DNA from: Amoebidium appalachense
Lineage: Eukaryota > Protista > Ichthyosporea
Reading direction: 5' to 3'
Assembly: GCA_963693365.1 (NCBI GenBank)
Contig: CAVNZM010000003.1
Span: 12,249,651-12,313,650, forward strand
Length of the DNA stretch: 64,000 nt
The position numbers and the translations under genes were made by a program. This document shows, piece after piece, positions 22,623 to 34,780 of the stretch; the stretch's first letter is position 1; every line of letters starts with the position of its first letter. Under the pieces are notes generated by a model. It saw only the letters and a list, made by a program, of their open reading frames with translations. It did not search any database and had not been told where the DNA came from.

Positions 22623-24925
22623 GCTCAGACCCGTATAAAGTCTGGGTGCTTACGCGTAGGCCTCGCATTGCACAATGTTGGCGCCTGTAAACCTCTCTCA
22701 ACTCTCGCAAGCTAGCCGCGTCCGCTGCAAGCACTGCGCGTGGGAACCGTGTGTAGTCTGAGGCATTCGACTGATGGAACGTACACGTGACGTCGTTCCC
22801 ATCATGATGGCCAGGCCTCGGTTGGTAGGGGCAGCCTTCGCCCCGGACCTAGCGCATTCATACTGTATATACGTATATGTAGACGTTTGCAACATGTACG
22901 TAGGGATGTATGTACGTATGACACGGGAGAGTTTTGTACTTTACGTACGGCCCGGGGGTATACAGGTATACGTAGGGGCTCCCTATTATCGTAACAGCCC
23001 AGGGCATGCCTGGCTCAATCGATCGCGACCGATATCGATACTGCCCCGAACCAAACTTCACCGTGTATGTAGTATGATCCGATGGCAGCCATGCACATAC
23101 TCGCACCCACCAGCCGACTATGTTCCCTCATTTGCAGCGCTGGGCCATTTATGTATCGTTGGCTAACTTAATGCCTCGCGATCGGTCAAGATAGTTTTCC
23201 CTCTATAAGATTTCATTGCAAGCCACGTGCAATTGGGCAAACCTTGAAGGTTGCGAACGAAATCCACACGTATACATAATGCAAACACCTTTACTGCATT
23301 TTCTTTCAATAGAAGCAACTTAGGGTATAATATTGAGCTCCACGACACTACCGTTGTGCGTAGCGCTAGCGTAGCGCCAGCTATGCGTACGTACATCATG
23401 ACGTCTACATCAGCATCTTACATGTGGAAGACCTGCTCCCGCGACCCAATCAACAGCTTGCAGGCCACAATTATACTTGTGAAATAGAATTTAGGAAAGA
23501 TAGAGATATAGGGGCATGCCCACACACGAAACACAAAACAATGAGTCAGAATACAGCACGCTCCTGATTAAATTTTACGTATTACCTACATGTACAGTAC
23601 ATACACCTTTTGTGATCTCGCAAAATGGCATGCATGATGCGAGTGGAAAGGGCTTGTACATGTGTGCTAGCGCTTATCACACGTTGCCGCAGTGACACCA
23701 AAGCTAATCAACATTTGGCCAATCGATTTCTGAGCTCGCACCTTCATGCTGAGCCAATCACACACTTCCCTCACTCGCACATGGTTGTTCATGATGGCTT
23801 TCGAAAATCCGAAAGCACGTTTCCGGAACTCAGTTATATAGAAAAAGGGGCCTATAAAAAAAATCAAGAGAGGCGTATAAACATGGCTAAAGCTGTTAGA
23901 AAACGTATCTATGTCATCACTTAATACTTGGACACTGCTTTTTCCATACTTTTGAGCCTTTTCCGCCCAACCAGCACCTCTCGAAAACATAAATAAATAT
24001 GGCGCACACGGATTGCTAGGGTTAATCGGTAATTTTAAACTTGCATGTAAGCTTGGGACTGGTATGCTCCTTGCGTATAGTGATTTGAGAGGCTCCCGGG
24101 ACTGGGCTCCCACACTACCCATTCCAAGAATGCCAGTGTCATTCCAGCACAATCTTTGCATTCCTTAAGATAGAAGTAACTTGGTTTGATTGGCTTCATG
24201 TCACGCTATTCCCTAAACTGGGGAAGTGGGCACGTACTGTACAGGGCACTTTTTTTTATTTGTTGCCTTGTAAGTTCTGTGCAGCCACTGCAGCGGTATA
24301 ATGGTTTTTTCTTTTGCAAGGTGTGTTAATCCTGGAATTTTTATGAGATTAATTTGAATTAACAACAAATTTAACAGCACAACGTACTCAACAAAACGTA
24401 CATTATGTAGACAGCAACACCGCTGTATATATATCATGGCCCTGGCCAGAATAAATTGACCCAGGTCACAGTTTTGAAATTTTCGAGATTGGCAGTTCAA
24501 ACCCTCACCCAGGGTAGAAATTCCCCGTACTGTGTACGTATTAGACAGAATGAGGAGGCCCTGTGTAAACATGTAGCAAGGCCTCCTATCCTTGGTGTAG
24601 AGCTCGCTCTGAAACATTCCGCAGTTTTGAGTAATTTGAGAGGAAAACTACTTGTGATTTTAGTGACAAAAACAATAAATATCACAGTCTGCTTGTGCTC
24701 TGGGTCCTCCTGATCAGCCGGCGCCGGTATGTATGTAATTAGTAGTACTGTACAGGATTATGTGGTACAGGGTGTGAAAATTATGTTTTCCGAGGGCCTC
24801 CATGAAGTAGGCATTGGATGGCCTTGGGCGCCATTATTACGTAATCCTGTCTACTCTCACTCCTTGCAGGAAAACCAACACACGGTGTCTAGCCCCAAAG
24901 TTTTGTAATTACCGTTTCTTGCAGC

Positions 24926-27900
24926 ATGGCACCCTTTGTGTTTGTGTTTGGCCTGGGCTACACGGGCCTACGCTTTGCAGAGCACCTGCAGCACAGCCAG
25001 CCGGACTGGGCCGTGGGCGGCACGGTGCGCAGCAGCGAGTCTGCCGCACGGCTGCGCGCACGGGGGCTGGACGTGCACGTGCTTGATAGCGCCCTAGAGG
25101 ACATCCAGGCAAAGGCTTGGCAGAAGCAGGTGGGCGTGGGTGGGTTGTGGTGGTGGTGGTGGTGATGGTGGGGCCGAGTGGGTGGTATTGGTGGTGGTGG
25201 GGGGTTGGGGGTTGGGGGTTGGGGGGTTGGGGGGGGGGGGGGGGGGGGGGGGAGAAGGGCTTCCTGGAGGCCGTAGGGTTAGGTTTGAAGTGGGGGGGAG
25301 GGGAGAAAGCGAAGAGTGCAAGGGTGGGGAAGTGCAAGACCGGGTTAGACCTTGCAGTAGGGCTGGAGGAGGGAGGAGGGACTGAAGTTTTTTCCTGTAT
25401 AGGAGTTGGCTGTGGCTCTGTCGAAGGTTACGCACGTGCTGGTTACGGCCGCACCTGTGCCGGGACTGGGCGACCCAGTGCTGGGCCTGCTGGGTGACGT
25501 GCTGCTGGGCCTGAAGGATACACTGCAGTGGTATGTTTGGTGTATGTGTGTGCATGTGTGTGTGTGCGTGCGTGTGTGCCTGTGTGTGTGCGCGCAGGTG
25601 CGTGTGGCCAGTTTATGCGCAACCTAGGGCGTGCGTGCGTGTGTGTTTGTGCACGGGCGAGGGGTGTGTGATTGTACATGCAGCTGTAACACGTTTTTGG
25701 GCACTGTGTGCGCACATGCATGTGTATGCGTACAAGTCCTGTATTTGTGTGTGTGTGTAGTGCATAGGATGTGGCAGGTAGCTGAGTGTGCCTACCAGGG
25801 TGGGCTATCTGTCGACCACTGGGGTGTACGGCAACAAGGATGGGGCCTGGGTGGACGAGGACAGCCCCCTGACGCCCACAAGCAAGCGGGGGCAGTTGAG
25901 GGTGGACGCAGAGACAGCCTGGCTGGCCACAGGTAGGGGGAGGTGTGCCTGTGTGTGTGTGTCCGTGTCTGTCTGTGTGTGTGTATGGCTCTTTGTATAT
26001 GTATGTGGCTGTGTGTGTGCGCGCGCAGGCTGTGTGCCGGGGTGTCCATGTGCTGTGTGTGTGTGTGTGCAGAGTGAGGGTGGCCTGTAGGGCTGTGTGT
26101 GTGTCCTGCACGGTGGTTGCTGGGCACTGGGCTGATGCCTAGTGCCTATGCAGGGCTGCCTGTGCACATCTTCCGGCTGCCAGGCATATACGGGCCGGGC
26201 CGAGGGACCATAGCCAAGATACGTGAGAATGGCCAGGCAAAGCGCATACTCAAGGTCGGTGCGATGCTGCCCCCTCCCCTCCCCCTCTCCCCCCCCGCCC
26301 TCGCCCCCACTCCCCCCCCTCCCCCCTCTTCCCCCTCCCCCCACTCTTCCCCCCCCCCCCCCCCCCCCCCCCCCCGCCCTGGTTCAGTTGATGCTGCTGT
26401 CTGAGTTGGAGAGTCGTATATGCGCGGGCTAAGGGGTCGAAACTCAGACGCAATTGATGACTTGGGTCCTCCCTGAGGATGGGCTCTGCTTATGACGCAT
26501 ACTGTGCACATGGCTGATGTTGCATACTTGAATGTTTGCGTTGCATGTGTCCTGCACCATGCTTCTCATCGTGTATGCGTACTTCGTACCGTTTTCCGCA
26601 TTCAAACCCCCCCCCCCCGCCTGGCTCCCCTTCGCCAACCAAGGATACCACACACACTAACAAGTCATGTGTTCCACTCCCCCGAAGTCCCACCCCCCCC
26701 CCCCCCCCCTCCCCCTCTGTTGTGCGTTTGGTGTCGTGTGTGTCTCAAGCAACCGACCGTGTGTGCCTGCAGCCAGGGCACATGTTCAGCCGCATCCACG
26801 TAGACGACATAGTTGCAGCCCTGTGTGCCTCCGTGGCCCAGCCCCACCCCACCAGGGTGTACAATGTGGTGGATGATGAGCCCGCACCCCAGGTACATAC
26901 ACAGTGGGCACTGGCTGGCTGCTGGCGGCCTGAGTGGCTGTGTGGGGTGGCTGGAAAGGGCCTGTGTGTGGGGAAAAGTGAGTTTGGGTGCTGTGGATTG
27001 TGGGGGATGTAGTGGTGCCTGCATGCTGGCTGGTGTTTGGCTACGAAAGTTCTTTTCTTTAGTGGTGATTTTCTTTTTATTTATTTATTTACTTATTTAT
27101 TTTATTTTTGGGGAGAGGGGGGTGGGGGGAGGGGAGAGAGGGGAAGGGGGCATGGGGATGCAGTGCGGTGTTGAGGTGCTTGTAGGTTGGAGATAGATTT
27201 CTGGGGGGGGGGGGGGGGAGGGGGGGGGGAGGGGGGGGGGGGAAAGACAGGGAAAGAGTAGGGATGGAACAAATGGAGTTGAATGGGTTCGAAGGGTAGG
27301 AGTGTGTGCGCAGGGCAGAGGGGGCGGGGGGGGAGGGGGGAGGGATGCACGTGCATGCTGCAGGTACTGACGTTATCTGCAGCACGTGGTGGTGGAGTAC
27401 GCCTGTGAGCTGCTAGGCCTGGACCTGCCCCCCCTGATACCATTTGAGCAGGTGCGGGGGGGGGGGGGGGGGGGGGGATGATGGGGGAGGGAGGGGGGGG
27501 GGGGGGGGGGTCATATTACGGATACATTGGTTGCACGTGTGTTAGAGTGTGTGGTGGTGTGAATGAGGATTTCACGTGCAGATACTAAAAGCAAGGAATC
27601 TGGGGAAATGTGCAGGTGGCGTTGGTGCTTTTGTAAACACAGGCATACACACACACACACACACACACACACCCACACCCACACACACATACACCATGGT
27701 TATGAATGCATGTTATTGATATTCTTGGTTGTATTTGGGTGTGCGTGTGTGTCTGTTAGGAGGAAGAAAGGAAGACAGAGGGGGGGGGAGGGTTGTTCAT
27801 GTGTGTGCTTGCAGGCTGACATGACGCCTATGGCCATATCCTTCTACGCAGAAAACAAGCGCTGCTCAAACAAGAGGTTGAAGGTGGGTGCTTGGGCCAT

Positions 27901-28722
27901 TAGGGTATCCCGGGGAGGGTGGAATGATGATGGAAGCACACAGAAACAGCCAAAAGATTGCTGCCTAACGGCCAAGCAGAATTATATAGGGAGCTGGGGG
28001 ATGGGGGAGGGGGAGGGGGGATCGGAAGGGGGGAGGGGGAGAGAGAGAGGGGGGGGGGGGGGGGGGGGGGTAAGGGGGGGGGGCAGCGAATAGGCCGTGA
28101 ACGACAATTGGGTTGAGGTTGACACCAAACATGCGTTGGGGTGGTGGTGGTGTTTTGGGGAGGGGGGGGGGGGGGTCTAGCTTTTTTTTTGACCGGGGGG
28201 GAGGGGGGGGGGGGAGCGGAAAGGGGACGGGGAGAGGGGGGAGGGGGGGAGGGGGGGGGGGGGGAAGCAAGCCCTTGTGTGGGTGGGGCCACAAGGCAGG
28301 GAAGGGGTTGTGAGCTTCTAAGAGATGCAGGTGGAGGGCATGGGAAAAGACTGACCATGATCACAGGAGGAGCTTGGGCTTGTGCTGCGGTATCCAACAT
28401 ACAGGGAGGGGCTGAAGGCTCAGCTGGATGAGGAGAGGGTAAGAGGATGGGGGGGGGGGAGGATGGGGGGGGAAGGGGTAAGGAGGGAGTGCGGTGAGGG
28501 GATGGGTAGGTGGGGGCAAGGAGGGAGGGGGGGGGGGGGAGGGGGAGGGGAGGTGGGGAGGGGGAGAGGGGGGGGGGGGGGGGGGGGGGGGGGACAGTGT
28601 GTGGAAGTTGGTGAGACTGTGGGCAAGGCTGTAAGCGGATGGATGGGTGGGTGGGTGGATTTTTTTTCTTTTTCTCTTTTTTTTTTGTTGGGGGGAGGGG
28701 GGAGGGGATGTGGGGGAGAGCT

Positions 28723-28759
<37 letters not shown>

Positions 28760-31209
28760 AGGGGGAGGGGGGGAGGGGGCGAAATGGAGGGGGGGAGAGG
28801 GGAGGGAGGGAGGGAAGGGCGGAAGGGGACAGGGTGATGGGGGGATGGGGGGGACGGCTGGCATATCTGATTGGCACCCACACTGGGTGACATTGCGCGT
28901 GGACGTATTGATGTGTTCTGGGGCCCTGTGGCCAGCTTTCACGTTGTGCTAATAATAGCACCTACCTACACTAGTGCTGGGTGGCATACTGCACTCTTTT
29001 TGGTTGATGGGTTATATGGTGCACTGGGGCACCAGTTTATAATATATCTTCCACCCTCCCCACTAGTGTGTATATCTCCCACCCCCCACCAGTGTGTATA
29101 TCTTCCACCCCCCCCACCAGTCTGTATATCTCCCACCCCCCCCACCAGTGTGTATATCTCCTACACCCCGCACCAGTGTGTATATCTTCCACCCCCCCCA
29201 CCAGTGTGTATATCTCCCACCCCCCCACCAGTGTGTATATCTTCCACCCCACCCACCAGTCTGTATATCTCCCACCCCCCCACCGTTGTGTATATCTCCT
29301 ACACCCCCCACCAGTGTGTATATCTCCTACACCCCCCACCAGTGTGTATGTCTCCTACACCCCCCACCAGTGTGTGTATCTCCTACACCCCCCACCAGTG
29401 TGTATATCTTCCCCCCGCCCCCCAACAGTGTATATCTTCCACCCCCCCCCTCCCCCCCCCCCCACCAGTGTGTATATCTCCCCCCCCCCCCCGGAGACCG
29501 CTTTACTTCCATGCAACCGGGCATGGTTGCTCTGTGTCGTGCATCTGTAAGCACATACGCATTTTTCGCTGCACTGGTTTAGTTTGCACACACATCTTCA
29601 CCGTTTTGCTCACCTTGCTTGCATAAGCAACCCTGCTCGTCTTTGATCAAGACGGGTTGACCCTCCCAAGTTCAGTTGATGCTGCTGTCTGAGTTGGAGA
29701 GTCGTATATACGCGGGCTAAGGGGTCGAAACTCAGACGCAATTGATGACTTGGGCCCTCCCTGAGGATGGGCTCTGCTTATGACGCATTCTGTGCGCATG
29801 GCTGATGTTGCATACTTGAATGTTTGCCTTTGCATGTGTCCTGCACCATGCTTCTCATCGTGTATGCGTACTTCGTACCATGTTCCGCATTCAAACCCCC
29901 CCGTCCCCACCAGTGTGTATATCTCCCACCCCCCACCTACTACACACCTTCCTAATCCCCCCATGCAGGCCCGAGGCATGGACACCCCCATAGGGCCTAA
30001 GGGTGGGCTGATGGCTGGGCTGAGGAATGTGGCCTGGCTGCTGCTTGCTGCCACCCCCCTACTGGGCCCACTGTACTATGGCGTGAGGAGGGTTGTGGCC
30101 AATCAGAAACCACGCCCACCGGTGTGCCTGGTGATAGGTGCGTGCACACGGTGAAGGGCCTTAACATTTTATTTTATTTTATTTTATTTTATTTTATTTT
30201 TTTCTTTTTTGTGGGGGGGAGGGGGGGAGGGGGGGGGATGATTGAAACCCGTGAGAGAGAAAGAGAGAGTGTGTGTGGATGTGTGTGGTGAGTGCTGGGT
30301 CTGGTTAAGGTCTACTTCGGCATTTCTCTGCGTGCCGTCATAGTGACCTTGGTTTTAGCTCATATCGAGGCCATACTGTAATGTTGGCTTTGCCTAAATA
30401 TAGTCTAATATTTTTTTTTGGGCATTGCGCGCCATTGCCATATAAAGGAGTCCCAGAGAAGTGCCGACATATGCGTTAAGGGCATATGCGGACTGAATGA
30501 TGTCATAATGAGCTAAGTGTTTGAGCATGGCGTGTTGTGCTGTGCCCTCTTTTTTGCCTGTGGCCGCTGTGTGCCGTGGCTGTGCGCTGTTACTGACTGT
30601 GTGGGGGGTTCAATTCTGTGCACAGACAATGGCTCAAGGCGGGCCGCATCGACACTGAGCCTCAGACAGGCAGCAGGAGACCTGCAGAGGAGACTGGGGG
30701 GTACGTGCCCACCCACACATTTGTGTATGCACGTGCGTACGCACGTGTGTATTTGTTCCTGCACGTGATACTTGTGCGTGGATAAGTTCTTCAGTGTGCA
30801 CACCCACTTGCATCCGTCTCTGTACATGCACAATCAGACACGTGCCTCTGTGCGTGCACGAGCACAGGCACATGCATGCAGGCCTGCATGCACACACACA
30901 GTTGCGCACCCGTGTCTGCACGGGGACACATGCAATTCTGCATGCACGAGCGCACACATGTATTGAAATTTGCACGCGCACCCTCCTACATGCACCCCTA
31001 CCTGCACGTGCAGACATACGTAAAGCCTCTTTGTATTTCTTTGGGGATTTACCAAAAACATTTGAACACATGCATCCTCCCTGTGTTGGTTGGGGTGTGT
31101 GTGTGTGTTCTGACGGTGCAGCAGACGGGGTGGTTGTGAGGGCCGTCAGCAGCCGCCATTGGGACAAGGTCAGCCCCAGCGCCCTGGGGGGTGTTTCTGC
31201 TGGTGCGTG

Positions 31210-31277
<68 letters not shown>

Positions 31278-32539
31278 CCCGCCTGCCTGCCTGCCTGCCT
31301 GTATATGCCATGCACTGACAGACACAACCCCCAGACATCTACGAACCTCTGCTGATGCAATTAGGCAATGAGGGCTACAGAGACATTGTGGTGCATATCC
31401 CCCCCCCCCCCGGAAGTTTGCACTCTGAATTGTGTTCTCAGCTATGAATATGTACTTGCCCTGCATACCTCATTCCAACCCCTCACACCACCCAGCCCCC
31501 ATCATCTCTCCCCCCTCTTCTCTCCCCCCCTCCTTTTCCACCTACCAACCCACCCCCCCTCCCCTTTGCCCTCCCACACTGACCTGGGCGCACAGGTGCT
31601 CCCCTTCTTCTTTGGGCCCAGTGCTGCCATCACCGACTATGTGCCTGAACGCACACGACACGTCATGAACACACACCCCCGCCTGCACGTGCGCATAGCC
31701 CCCCCATTGGTGGATACGGCAGACGAGACGGACACACGTATAGCTGCTGTGCTGGTGGACAGGGTACGTGTGTGTGTGTGTGTGGGTGGGTGTGGGTGGG
31801 TGGGTGGGTGGGTGGGTGGGTGGGTGGGTGGGTGGGTGGGTGCATGTGTGTGTGTGTGTGCGAGCGTGTGCATGTGTGCTTTCAGCTAGGCATGCGGAGG
31901 ATGACAGAACGACCTTATGTGTATGTGTGCTTTCGTGTGTGCGTGTTTTTGCGAACACGTGCGTGCTCACATGTGTGTTTGTCGGTGTGTGTGTGTTTGG
32001 GGGGGGGGGGGGAGGTGGTTGTGTGGGTTGGTTCCTTTTTTTTCTCCGCAAATGCCTGTCTGTGTCTCGGTGCCGTATGTGTGTGTATGCCCGGTATGCC
32101 ATGTGTCTGTGCCTTTGTCTCGGTGCCCAAATGGTTGCTCTGTCTCCTTGTATTGCCTCACTGCATGGTCACTGCATCACACCCCTCTGTCTGCACACAG
32201 ACACACTGACACCCAGTGCAGATACGGGAGACCAAGGCACAGCACAACCTTGGCCCTATGAGGGTGGTGGTGTGTGACCATGGCAGCCCCCTGGCTGCTG
32301 TGCACCAAGTTAGACCCCATCTGGTGGCACAGGTCAAGACAATGCTGGGGAGTGAGGTAAAGGGGATGAGCCGGGCACGTGTATGTGGGCCTGCATGTGT
32401 GCTGGCAACAGTGGCCTAACAGTGGCACTTTGGCTTCTCGGCATGGCTGCCTTACGCTCCATATGATGGCTCTAATGGCTTGACTTATGCGGCAGTTTTT
32501 ATTTTTTCTTTTCTTTTTCTTTCTTTCTTTTTTTTTTTT

Positions 32540-32570
<31 letters not shown>

Positions 32571-33662
32571 GGGGATTTAAAGCAGGGAACGGGTAATCAC
32601 ATGCGCTCCAGTGATTTTGGATGAAGTGGGGTGCCTAATGGCTATACGTGTGTTGTGTGTTTATAGTGAATGGGAAATACGTGTGTGTCCTCAAAGGGAA
32701 TGTGGGTGTTAGAGAAAATGTGTGTGTCATAGGGGAGGTAAATGTGATTATTTGAAGAGAATCTTGTATGTTTTAGGGAAAGAATGTGTGTATGCTAGAG
32801 GGGTGATATTCGTGGGCAGGGGAATTGTGATGCATGGGTATGCTAAAGGGGATATCCGTGTGTGTATGCTTCTAGGGAATGTGTGTACGCTGAGGCGTAG
32901 TGTGGGTGTAAGCCTCAGGGGGATTCTGTCCGTGTCTGTTCAGTGTGAACCCAAGTCGAGAGGAAAGGAAAAAGGTATGGTTAGTGTTTAGTCTGATCCA
33001 CCAATGGCATGCAGGTTTTGGATGTTGTCGGGTCATCTATGGAGCGCAGAGATGGGCCCGAGTACGACTTTAACGAGCCACTGCTGGAGAGGGTCTTTGA
33101 CACCGACGGAGTATGTGCTGCCTGGGTGCTAGCCTATCCCAGCCTCCCCCCCCCTCCCCCCTCTCCCCAGTCAAATAATGACGAAGTATCTCATTGTGTA
33201 CAGCAATCTCCCCCCCCCACCGCTCCCCCCCCCCCCCCCCCCCTCAATAATATATATATATGCACACTTCGGCCTCCCTCCTGAATGTTTATATTCGTTC
33301 TGTGCTTCTTTCAACGGAAAATAATATGGTAGCTGTATCTCAACATTATGCGTGTGCCTCTATCCCCGTGTGAGCCACGCACTGGAAATGTGCTCTCTTT
33401 ACCCCCATGGCTGTGTGCCCTCATGGGGTTAACACACAGTCCCCCCCCTCCTCCCCCCATGCGTGCCCATGCACGTGCACCCACACGGAATCTTCAAGTG
33501 CACACTATATTACTTACGTGCATGCACCACGTGCTCGTTTCTGATTGGCTGCTACTTGCTGCAGTACGGCAGTGGTGACGTCATCATTTCCCTGGTCTTT
33601 TTGTCTCCAGGCAGGCATGCCGGTGAGGGCGGAGACATTGCCACCATCCTGGCAGGTACTTC

Positions 33663-33701
<39 letters not shown>

Positions 33702-33989
33702 ACCACCACCACCACCACCACCCCTGCTGACCGCTGAAACATTTCAACCTCCTTTCTCTCTCTACTGGTTTTGAAGGGTGCTGTGACCCACTCATATTTA
33801 ATGGAAGGGGTGATGGTTGTAATTTGGGTTTGGTGTGGGAGGTGAATGGGTCGAAACATGGGTGCTGTGGTTGCCCTTATGTGCTGTGAGGCTGGATTCC
33901 AGTAGTGTGATTTACCCTGTGTGTGTATTGCATGCCGGCTATCCATTATCTGTTCTGAATGTATACTTCATATTGGGTACTGCACTTTA

Positions 33990-34034
<45 letters not shown>

Positions 34035-34380
34035 TTCCTCCCTCCCCCCCTCCCCTCCCCCTTCTCCCTTCCCCCCTCGGGGCCCCCGTTTGGCCAGCAG
34101 AGACATGCATGAGGTGTGGCATGTTTGGGCTCATGTTGAGTGTGAGCATGGGTGTTTGGTATGCCCCTACAGGCATGCCATGAGGTGCACATGTTGTGCA
34201 CCTACACGTGAATACGTGCCACACTGCACCCACGTGACACAATTCCCCCCTGCAGAGGCCGAGGCCCAGCGTCCAGGGCTGAAAACATACATGACTGGCC
34301 TGGTAGGTAGCCACCAGACAGTGTGTGAGGTGTTGGCCCAGAGGTACAACCAGGGCTTGAATAGCACACCAGTGCGCTAG
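24926..34380 (+). CDS. YeeZ-like NAD(P)-dependent SDR/epimerase fused via a hydrophobic linker to a CbiX/SirB-like chelatase (17 exons)
   Basis: Exons 24926-25129, 25403-25530, 25799-25932, 26154-26254, 26773-26892, 27383-27451, 27815-27883, 28367-28438 give [54 protein letters not shown]. Exons 29969-30137, 30626-30700, 31122-31202, 31335-31390, 31596-31763, 32222-32356, 33015-33110, 33565-33655, 34256-34380 give [51 protein letters not shown]. All junctions are GT-AG and in phase. Confidence 0.82.
26382..26607 (+). mobile_element. Copy 2 (5'-truncated) of the structured-RNA repeat, in intron 4 of the SDR-CbiX gene
   Basis: Nearly identical to 29670-29896. Flanked left by (C)nGCCCTGG and right by (C)nGCCTGG (possible TSD). 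Confidence 0.85.
29040..29490. repeat. Minisatellite CACCAGTGTGTATATCT(C/T)C(T)ACACCCCC, ~27-30-bp units; resumes at 29903-29935
   Basis: About 15 visible units with variable C-run length, interrupted by the structured-RNA element. Confidence 0.92.
29493..29896 (+). mobile_element. Copy 3 (longest) of the structured-RNA repeat, inserted into the minisatellite in intron 8
   Basis: Core 29623-29782 aligns with 1-153. Ends GCATTCAAAC + C-run. Minisatellite units lie on both sides. Confidence 0.85.
29621..29782 (+). ncRNA. Putative pseudoknotted structured RNA (unknown class)
   Basis: Stems CATAAGCA/TGCTTATG, GCTCGTCTT/AAGACGGGT, CCCAAGT/ACTTGGG, GTCTGAGTT/AACTCAGAC, GCCC-TCC/GGA-T-GGGC and pseudoknot GACCCT/GGGGTC. 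G-U pairs indicate the plus strand. Confidence 0.6.
31207..31300. repeat. (GCCT)n microsatellite, intronic
   Basis: Directly visible. Confidence 0.95.
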
Positions 34381-34394
34381 ATGTGTGTGTGTGT

Positions 34395-34425
<31 letters not shown>

Positions 34426-34729
34426 GCACCGGCATGTAAATATGCAGTGTTGGTTGTGTGTGTGTGCTGGTCACACAGACATGTAAATATGCAGTGTGGG
34501 TTTGTGTGCCAGGTACCCAGATATCCAAATAAAAGGACAGTTTGTGTGTGCTGACTGCACAAGCAAAAAGTAGGCACATTGTGTCTGTGTGTCTGTACAT
34601 ATACCGTGTGTGAACGGTAGTGCAAACGGCATGCAGTGTGTGTGTGCTAACTGCACTTGCTGCACAGACGTGTAAACACACGGCAGTGCGTGCTGGTCAC
34701 ATAAATATGATTTTCATGCACGTTTTAGG

Positions 34730-34780
<51 letters not shown>

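Noticed and set aside
22750-24700. TACGTA-rich and AT-rich region with short ORFs
   Set aside because: No recognisable protein motifs, termini or second copy in the window; cannot be classified.
29040-29490. CRISPR-like array (constant CACCAGTGTGTATATCT with variable gaps)
   Set aside because: The gaps are only C-run length variants, not unique spacers; eukaryotic intron with no cas genes.
29680-29775. Canonical hammerhead or HDV ribozyme call for the structured repeat (CTGAGGA, GAAAC, GCTAA present)
   Set aside because: The order and pairing of the motifs do not give hammerhead stems I-III, and the HDV-like GCTAA is GGAA in copy 1. Left as unknown class.
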